Below, one piece after another: positions 26,237 through 32,000 of a stretch of 32,000 bases of DNA. This DNA is from Pseudodesulfovibrio mercurii (GTDB lineage Bacteria; Desulfobacterota; Desulfovibrionia; Desulfovibrionales; Desulfovibrionaceae). The notes below the pieces were generated by a model. It was not told where the DNA came from and did no database searches. It saw only the letters and a list, made by a program, of their open reading frames with translations. The stretch covers positions 330,001 through 362,000 of the forward strand of contig NC_016803.1 of assembly GCF_000189295.2 (NCBI RefSeq), read 5' to 3'. Each line of letters begins with the position of its first letter. The stretch's first letter is position 1. The position numbers and the translations under genes are program-made.

Positions 26237-26709
26237 AATTACCAATACAAATCTCTATTTGCGAAACAGGGAAGGCAACAGGAAAACGATCTTTTCAACG
26301 ATTTGACACCACTTTCTGCATGTGAAAACAGAAATGTCTTCGATTTGTAACCCGACGAATTTGTAGGGTAAAAGGGCGGAAGGAAAAGGGACCTCGTCGT
26401 TCGGATTTTACTATGAATTGATTAACTCACAGTATTTCAGATAATTAAGACTATTTTGTGCCAAAACGTTGTGCAGTCCGGAAGGAGTTGTGGGGAGCCT
26501 CCCGGTCCCCTAGGAAGTAGTTATGTCTATGTGGGCATAATGAAACGAGAGGACGATCCATGACCCAATGTACGTTTGAATCCGGCCGATCCGGCATCCC
26601 GGCCCCGCGTGGCGGCCGCGCCGGGTGCCATGGTCCGGTTCGGGCGTTGCCCGGCGCGGTGGCCGGACGGGGTCCGGATATTCCCGACATGCCCGCGGGG
26701 AGGTAGACC

Positions 26710-27099
26710 ATGCTGGATGTACGCACGACCAAGCAGGCCGGCTGCAAGGCCAATCCGACCATGCGCATGCATCTGTGGTTTGAGACCGAGGAGGGCGTCC
26801 TGTTCGGTCTGGGCCGGTTGCAGCTCCTGAAAAGCGTGGAGGAGCGCGGCTCCCTCAAGGCGGCCGCCGAGGCCCTGGGCATGTCCTACCGGGGCGCCTG
26901 GGGCAAGATCAAGACCACCGAGGATCTGATCGGCCACAAGCTCATCGAACGGGATTCCAACCGGCGCGCCGGATACCACCTGACCGACTTCGGAAAATCC
27001 ATCACCAGGTGCTACGACCGATGGTACCGCGAGGTCGAGGCCTATGCTCTTTCCAAAAGCCATGAATTCCTGCCTTTTTCCCTCGACCGGTATAAATGA
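26710..27099 (+). CDS. ModE N-terminal-domain-like winged-helix regulator (no Mop/TOBE domains)
   Basis: ...LFGLGRLQLLKSVEERGSLKAAAEALGMSYRGAWGKIKTTEDLIGHKLIER... parallels the E. coli ModE HTH (GSISQGAKDAGISYKSAWDAI). Only 129 aa. GGGGAGG lies 6 nt upstream of ATG 26710. Confidence 0.75.
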   Translation: MLDVRTTKQAGCKANPTMRMHLWFETEEGVLFGLGRLQLLKSVEERGSLKAAAEALGMSYRGAWGKIKTTEDLIGHKLIERDSNRRAGYHLTDFGKSITRCYDRWYREVEAYALSKSHEFLPFSLDRYK

Positions 27100-27138
27100 T
27101 CCGATTCCTGCGCTTTTCAATGTGTTAAATATAACATG

Positions 27139-27166
27139 TTGAATTGATTGAATTTTATGCTAGTAT
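27139..27166 (+). promoter_or_regulatory. Candidate sigma-70 promoter for the fdh operon
   Basis: TTGAAT (27139-27144), a 16-nt spacer, then TAGTAT (27161-27166), in a short AT-rich patch about 85 nt upstream of the fdhA ATG. An overlapping weak -24/-12-like TGGCTG-N5-GGGCA lies at 27166-27181. Confidence 0.4.
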
Positions 27167-27248
27167 GGCTGTACCTGGGCATTTCGTCCGGGTAAGCAAC
27201 TGCCGGGCCGGTCAAAGACGTCCGGCGTATAGCAAGGAGGCCATAGGT

Positions 27249-30200
27249 ATGAAACTCGACCGCCGAAGCTTCATGAAGCTCGCAGGCTCCGGAGCGGCGT
27301 GTCTCACCCTCGGTCAGCTCGGCGTCAGCCTGACGCCGGTCAAGGCCTACGCGGCGGAGATCAAGATCTCCGGCGCCAAAGAGGTGGTGACGGTCTGTCC
27401 GTTCTGTTCGGTGAGCTGCCACATCATCGGCTACGTCAAGGACGGCAAGCTGGTCAACACAGAGGGCGACCCGGACTATCCCATCAACGAGGGCGCATTG
27501 TGCGCCAAGGGCGCGGCCATGTTCACCATGACCACCAGCCATCACCGGCTGCAGAAGCCCCTGTACCGCGCTCCCTACGGCGACAAGTGGGAAGAGAAGG
27601 ACTGGGATTGGGTGCTGGACCGCATCGCGCGGCGCATCAAGGACACCCGCGACAAGGACCTCATTCTCAAGGATGACAAGGGTAAAACCGTCAACCGTCT
27701 CGAATCCATGTTCCTGCTGGGCACGTCCCACGCGGGCAACGAGGAATGTGCCATCGCCCATCAGGCGATGCGCGGCCTGGGTGTCGTCCACATGGACCAC
27801 CAGGCGCGTATCTGACACAGCGCCACTGTTGCGGCTCTGGGAGAGTCGTTCGGACGCGGCGCGATGACCAACCACTGGATCGACATCAAGAATGCCGATT
27901 CCATCCTTATCATGGGCAGCAATGCTGCCGAACACCATCCGATTTCCTTCAAGTGGGTCTTGCAGGCCAAGGACAAGGGCGCCACGGTAATGCACGTGGA
28001 CCCGAAGTTCTCCCGCACGTCCGCGCGGTCGGATTTCCATGTCCCCCTGCGGTCCGGTACGGACATCGCCTTCCTGGGCGGCATGATCAAGTACATCGTC
28101 GACAATGAGAAATACTTCCACGAGTACGTGGCCGAGTACACCAACGCGGCCCTGGTCGTGGGCAAGGACTTCGGGTTCAAGGACGGCATCTTCACCGGCT
28201 ACGACCCCAAGACCCGGTCCTACGACAAGAGCAAGTGGGGCTTCGAGATGGACAAGAACGGCGTTCCCGTTCGCGACACCAGCCTGAAGAACCCCCGTTG
28301 CGTGTTCCAGCTGCTCAAGCAGCACTATTCCCGCTACGACCTGGATACCGTCTCGGCCACCACCGGCGTGTCCAGGGAAAACCTGCTCAAGGTGTACGAG
28401 GCCTTCGCGGCCACCGGCAAACCGGACAAGGCCGGGACCGTCATGTACGCCCTGGGCTGGACCCAGCACACCGTGGGCGTGCAGAACATTCGCTCCGCGG
28501 GCATCATCCAGCTGCTGCTCGGCAACATCGGCGTGGCCGGCGGCGGCATCAACGCCCTGCGCGGCGAGCCCAACGTCCAGGGATCCACGGACCACACCCT
28601 GCTGTACCACATCATCCCGGGTTACATGGCCATGCCGCACAACGGCTGGCAGACCTACGACGAGTACATCAAGGGCAACACCCCGGTCAGCAACGATCCG
28701 CAGTCCGCCAACTGGTGGCAGCACAAGCCCAAGTACTTCGCCAGCCTGCTCAAGGCCTGGTACGGCGATCACGCCACCAGGGAAAACGGCTTCTGCTACG
28801 AGCTGCTGCCCAAGATCGAGAAGGGCGGGGACTATTCCTACCTGTACCTCTTCGACCGCATGTACCAGGGCAAGATCCGGGGCGGCATCATCATCGGCCT
28901 GAACCCGATGAACTCCGTTCCCAACACCAACAAACTGCGCAAGGCCATGGACAACCTCGAATGGCTGGTCACCTCCGAACTCCACCATTCCGAGACCACG
29001 GACAACTGGCATCGCCCCGGCGTGGACCCGAAGAAGGTCAAGACCGAGGTCTTCCTCCTGCCTTCGGCCCACCGTCTGGAAAAGGACGGCTCGGTGACCA
29101 ACTCCGGCCGCTGGCTGCTCTGGCACTACCAGGTCGTCAAGCCCGCCTACGAGGCGCGGCCCTTCGGCGACATGTTCTGCGGATTCATGTCCCGCGTGAA
29201 GAAGCTGTACGAGAAGGAGGGCGGCAAGCTGCCCGAGGCCGTGACCTGGCTCGACTACCCCGAGACCTATGATCCGGACGACCTGTGCCAGCGCATCAAC
29301 GGCCGTTTCACCGTGGACTCCAAGGTCGGCGACAAGCTGTACAAGAAGGGCCAGCAGGTGCCTTCCTTCACCGCGCTGAAAGACGACGGCTCGACCATGA
29401 GCCTGAACTGGCTCTACGCGGGCAGCTATACCGAGGAGGACGGCAACAAGGCCAAGCGCCGCTCCACCAAGCAGACCGAGATGCAGGCCAACATCGGCCT
29501 GTTCCCCAACTGGTCCTGGTGCTGGCCGGTCAACCGCCGCATCCTCTACAACCGCGCCTCCGTGGACCTGAACGGCAAGCCGTACAACCCGGCCAAGGCG
29601 GTCATCGAGTGGAAGGACGGCAAGTGGATCGGCGACGTGCCCGACGGCGGCTGGCCGCCCATGGCCACCGGCAAGGGCAAGTACCCGTTCATCATGTCCA
29701 AGTTCGGCTTCGGCCAGATCTACGGCCCCGGCCGTCAGGACGGTCCGTTCTCCGAGCACTACGAGCCGGTGGAGACCCCCGTGAACAAGAACCTGTTCTC
29801 CGGACAGCTCAACAGCCCGGTGTACAAGTTCGTCTCCTCCGACATGGACAAGCTGGCCAAGCCCGCCGATCCCAAGTACCCCATCGTGCTGACCACCTAC
29901 AGCCTGACCGAACACTGGTGCGGCGGCGGCGAGACCCGAAACATCCCCAACCTGCTCGAGGCCGAGCCGCAGCTCTACGTGGAGATGAGCCCGGAACTGG
30001 CGCAGGAAAAGGGCATCAAGAATGGCGACGGCGTGATCGTGGAGTCCATCCGCGGCCGGGTCGAAGCCATCGCCATGGTCACGGTCCGCATGCGCCCGCT
30101 CAAGGTGCACGGCCGGATCATCCATGAAATAGGCATGCCGTTCTGCTTCGGCTGGACGACCCCCGGAACCGGCGACTCGACCAACCGGCTGACGCCTTCG

Positions 30201-30290
30201 GTCGGCGACCCGAACACGACCATTCCGGAATTCAAGGCCTGCTGCGTGAACATCCGCAAGGCAGACAAGCTCACCGAGCTGGCAACCTAA
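27249..30290 (+). CDS. fdhA: Formate dehydrogenase catalytic (alpha) subunit, periplasmic, Mo/W-bis-PGD, selenocysteine-containing (TGA 27813-27815 read as Sec)
   Basis: ORFs 27144..27815 and 27864..30290 share one frame, and the only stop between them is TGA. The junction reads HQARI-U-HSATVAALGESFGRGAMTNHWID, the conserved FDH Sec site. The N-terminus has a Tat signal (MKLDRRSFMKLAGSGAA...VKAYA) and the 4Fe-4S motif CPFCSVSCH. AAGGAGG lies 9 nt upstream of ATG 27249. Confidence 0.93.
27816..27855 (+). promoter_or_regulatory. SECIS-like recoding hairpin downstream of the Sec UGA
   Basis: GCGGCUCU-GGG-AGAGUCGU (27831-27849; 8 bp including two G-U pairs, G-rich apical loop) starts 15 nt after the UGA. 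Spacing and loop type fit bacterial SECIS elements. Confidence 0.55.
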
Positions 30291-30302
30291 GGAGGATGCG
30301 CC

Positions 30303-31037
30303 ATGCCTAAGTCATTCTTGATAGACACATCCCGCTGCACGGCGTGCCGCGGCTGTCAGATCGCCTGCAAGGAGTGGCATGAACTGCCCGCCAACAAGAC
30401 GACCCAGTACCATTGGGGCAGTCACCAGAATCCGCAGGACCTGAATCCCTACAACTACAAACTCGTTCGCTTCAGCGAACACCTCGAGGACGGCGTGGTC
30501 CGCTGGAACTTCTTCCCGGACCAGTGCCGCCACTGCGAAGTCCCTCCGTGCAAGGAGCTGGGCGACGTGTACATCGACGGAGCCATCCTCAAGGACGAGA
30601 AGACCGGCGCGGTCATCTTCACCGAGAAGACCAAGGGCTTCACCAAGGAACAGGCCGGAGAGGTCCGCGATGCGTGCCCGTACAACATCCCGCGGCGCAA
30701 CGACGAGACCGGGCTGATGAGCAAGTGCACCATGTGCAACGAGCGCATCCACGCGGGCATGCCGCCCGCCTGCGTCAAGGCCTGTCCCACCGGGACCATG
30801 AACTTCGGCGACCGCGAGGAGATGCTCGCCCTGGGCAAGCAGCGCCTCGAACTCCTGAAGAAGAAGTGGCCCAAGGCGATGCTGGCGGACCCCGATGACG
30901 TCAACGTCATCTACCTGCTCATCGACGAGCCCGCCAAGTACCACGACCACGCCGTGGCCGAGGCCAATGTCGGACCCATGTCCAAGAAGCAGTTCCTGGC
31001 CACCCTGACCAGGCCCTTCAAGGCCATGAAGGCGTAA
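30303..31037 (+). CDS. fdhB: Formate dehydrogenase beta (iron-sulfur, 4x[4Fe-4S]-type ferredoxin) subunit
   Basis: MPKSFLIDTSRCTACRGCQIACKEWH...CRHCEVPPC...CPYNIP...CTMCNERIHAGMPPACVKACPTG shows CxxCxxCxxxC clusters. GGAGGA RBS. Confidence 0.92.
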   Translation: MPKSFLIDTSRCTACRGCQIACKEWHELPANKTTQYHWGSHQNPQDLNPYNYKLVRFSEHLEDGVVRWNFFPDQCRHCEVPPCKELGDVYIDGAILKDEKTGAVIFTEKTKGFTKEQAGEVRDACPYNIPRRNDETGLMSKCTMCNERIHAGMPPACVKACPTGTMNFGDREEMLALGKQRLELLKKKWPKAMLADPDDVNVIYLLIDEPAKYHDHAVAEANVGPMSKKQFLATLTRPFKAMKA

Positions 31038-31099
31038 CCTGAAACCACCTCTCCGCCAGGCCGGAGCGTCCCCGGACGCACCGGCCACGGGCGGAGGCT

Positions 31100-32000
31100 A
31101 TGGAGCGTTCCATGAAATCGGTTTTTGACCAGAAGGCTGTTGCCCTGACCCTCGACGCCATCAAGCGGCGCGTGCCCGCCTATGCCGAGCTGGCCGACAA
31201 GTTCCGCCCGCTCTTCGTGGAAAAGGCGCGGCTGCGCGACGAACTGGCGGCGCAGGGCCTGGACCTGCCCGTCCTCGACGCGGCCCGCGCCAACCAGGGC
31301 GTGCCCCTGATGGTGGACGTGGACCTCGCCCCATGGGCCGGGAGCATGCGACAATCGGCGGCATCCCTCCTGCCCCTGCTGTTCGACGTGCTCAATCCCG
31401 ACCCGGAGGCGTGGCGCAAGCTCGAAGCCTTTCTGGACAATGCCGACAACCTTGCGGGGCTCGCCCAGGCACGGATCGAAGGCAATTGGAAACACTTTGA
31501 GAACACCTCCGTACAGCTCGGCATCACACCGTTCACCACGCTGCTGTATATTGCAGAGACCGTTTTCTCGCCTGTCCTGTGCGCATTGGCCCAGGGACTG
31601 GGCGAGCCCCTTTCCAAGCTCGGCTGGGACCACGGCTACTGCCCGGTCTGCGGGTCCACGCCCTCCATCTCCCAGCTCTCCCCCAAGGAGGTCACGGACC
31701 TGGACCAGCTGGTCGGCGGCGGGGGCAAGAAGTTCCTGCACTGCTCCCTGTGCGGCCACGACTGGCGCTACATGCGCAACGCCTGTCCGGCCTGCGGCAA
31801 CGACGACAACGAGTCGCGCGAGGTCTTCTACATGGACGACGCCAGGTTCGAGCGCATCGAGGCCTGCCACAAGTGCGGCAAGTACTGCCTGAACATCGAC
31901 ATGCGCGAATGCGACCCCCTGCCGGACCTGGATGCCGTGCAGATCGGGCTGATCCACCTGGACATCTTCGCCCGCGAGCACGACCTGGTGCCCATTTCCC
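31100..32000 (+). CDS. fdhE: Formate dehydrogenase accessory protein FdhE (3' end beyond the window)
   Basis: Not in the ORF track because it is open at the window edge. Translation reads MERSMKSVFDQKAVALTLDAIKRR...GYCPVCGSTP...LHCSLCGHDW...NACPACGN...EACHKCGKYC, the four CxxC pairs typical of FdhE. The alternative start ATG 31112 has better SD spacing (GGAG, 6 nt). Confidence 0.85.
   Translation, partial: MERSMKSVFDQKAVALTLDAIKRRVPAYAELADKFRPLFVEKARLRDELAAQGLDLPVLDAARANQGVPLMVDVDLAPWAGSMRQSAASLLPLLFDVLNPDPEAWRKLEAFLDNADNLAGLAQARIEGNWKHFENTSVQLGITPFTTLLYIAETVFSPVLCALAQGLGEPLSKLGWDHGYCPVCGSTPSISQLSPKEVTDLDQLVGGGGKKFLHCSLCGHDWRYMRNACPACGNDDNESREVFYMDDARFERIEACHKCGKYCLNIDMRECDPLPDLDAVQIGLIHLDIFAREHDLVPIS

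Noticed and set aside
26456-26477. Possible sigma-54 promoter near GTGCCAAAACGTTGTGCA, and another at TGACACCACTTTCTGCAT (about 26305-26322)
   Set aside because: Neither has the invariant GG-N10-GC arrangement. The first lacks GG. The second has GA instead of GG and its spacing is off by one.
26560-26706. 48-codon upstream ORF (MTQCTFESGRSGIPAPRGGRAGCHG...) with a GAGAGGA RBS. It is in the same frame as the ModE-like gene and separated from it by an in-frame TAG. Mini-ORFs at 26523 (MSMWA) and 26540 (MKREDDP) were also noticed.
   Set aside because: The peptide is Gly/Arg/Pro-rich, like random GC-rich translation. The ModE-like gene has its own excellent RBS and ATG at 26710. Nothing in the window supports TAG read-through or pyrrolysine. 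I treat the region as a structured leader instead, and the mini-ORFs are too short to evaluate.
27813-27815. TGA splitting fdhA, which could be read as a nonsense mutation or pseudogene
   Set aside because: The stop lies exactly at the conserved Sec/Cys active-site position, both halves are intact and in frame, and a SECIS-like hairpin follows. Recoding is far more likely than gene decay.
27117-30125. 1002-aa ORF on the minus strand, the longest ORF in the track
   Set aside because: It is exactly antisense to fdhA. Its composition is dominated by Gly/Ala/Val/Asp/His/Arg, as expected for the reverse frame of a high-GC gene. It has no recognisable motifs, whereas the plus-strand product is an unmistakable formate dehydrogenase.

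Overview
High-GC (roughly 60-65% by eye) chromosomal segment. Its gene content points to a Desulfovibrionaceae-type anaerobe (inference: Tat-exported selenocysteine FdhAB, HgdC-type activase module, phenylacetate-CoA ligase + ACT pair). I can support about 37 protein-coding genes and several intrinsic terminators and promoter candidates. I found no rRNA, tRNA, CRISPR array, transposase, integrase or phage genes.

Gene order, left to right:
- ACT-domain protein and paaK (-)
- nitroreductase, rsfS, gpmI and a small zinc-ribbon ORF (+)
- a chemoreceptor (+) and an OsmC-like protein (+)
- EamA transporter and LOG-family protein (-)
- beta-CASP MBL nuclease, rsmD, coaD, miaA (+)
- sixA-like phosphatase (-)
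- two tandem secreted proteins and pgsA (+)
- tatA (-)
- Cys-rich protein, acidic protein, HAD hydrolase (+)
- yggT, DivIVA-domain protein, DUF167, DUF465, ilvB, ilvN, ilvC (+)
- UPF0316 membrane protein (+)
- HgdB/BcrC-like metalloenzyme and its ATP-dependent activase (-)
- ModE-N-like regulator, fdhA (in-frame TGA = selenocysteine), fdhB, fdhE (+, runs off the window)

Most of the window is ordinary housekeeping. I cannot show that it contains a truly undescribed system. The parts most worth a second look are:
1. The orphan double-cubane-cluster-protein-like enzyme + activase pair, with a strongly AT-rich control region (24125-26460).
2. A GC-rich, highly self-complementary 250-nt leader in front of a Mop-less ModE-like regulator and the Sec-FDH operon (26461-27250).
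3. The TGA-recoded fdhA with a SECIS-like hairpin.
4. A chemoreceptor with almost no periplasmic domain and a Cache/PAS-like domain after the signalling domain.
5. An uncharacterised operon starting with an 8-Cys protein that has a duplicated PGxD..CxHHxNGxC motif.
6. A 59-nt near-perfect homopurine/homopyrimidine palindrome next to a G-run tract.
7. A terminator-like hairpin inside the paaK leader.

The many long antisense ORFs in the track are GC-bias artefacts.
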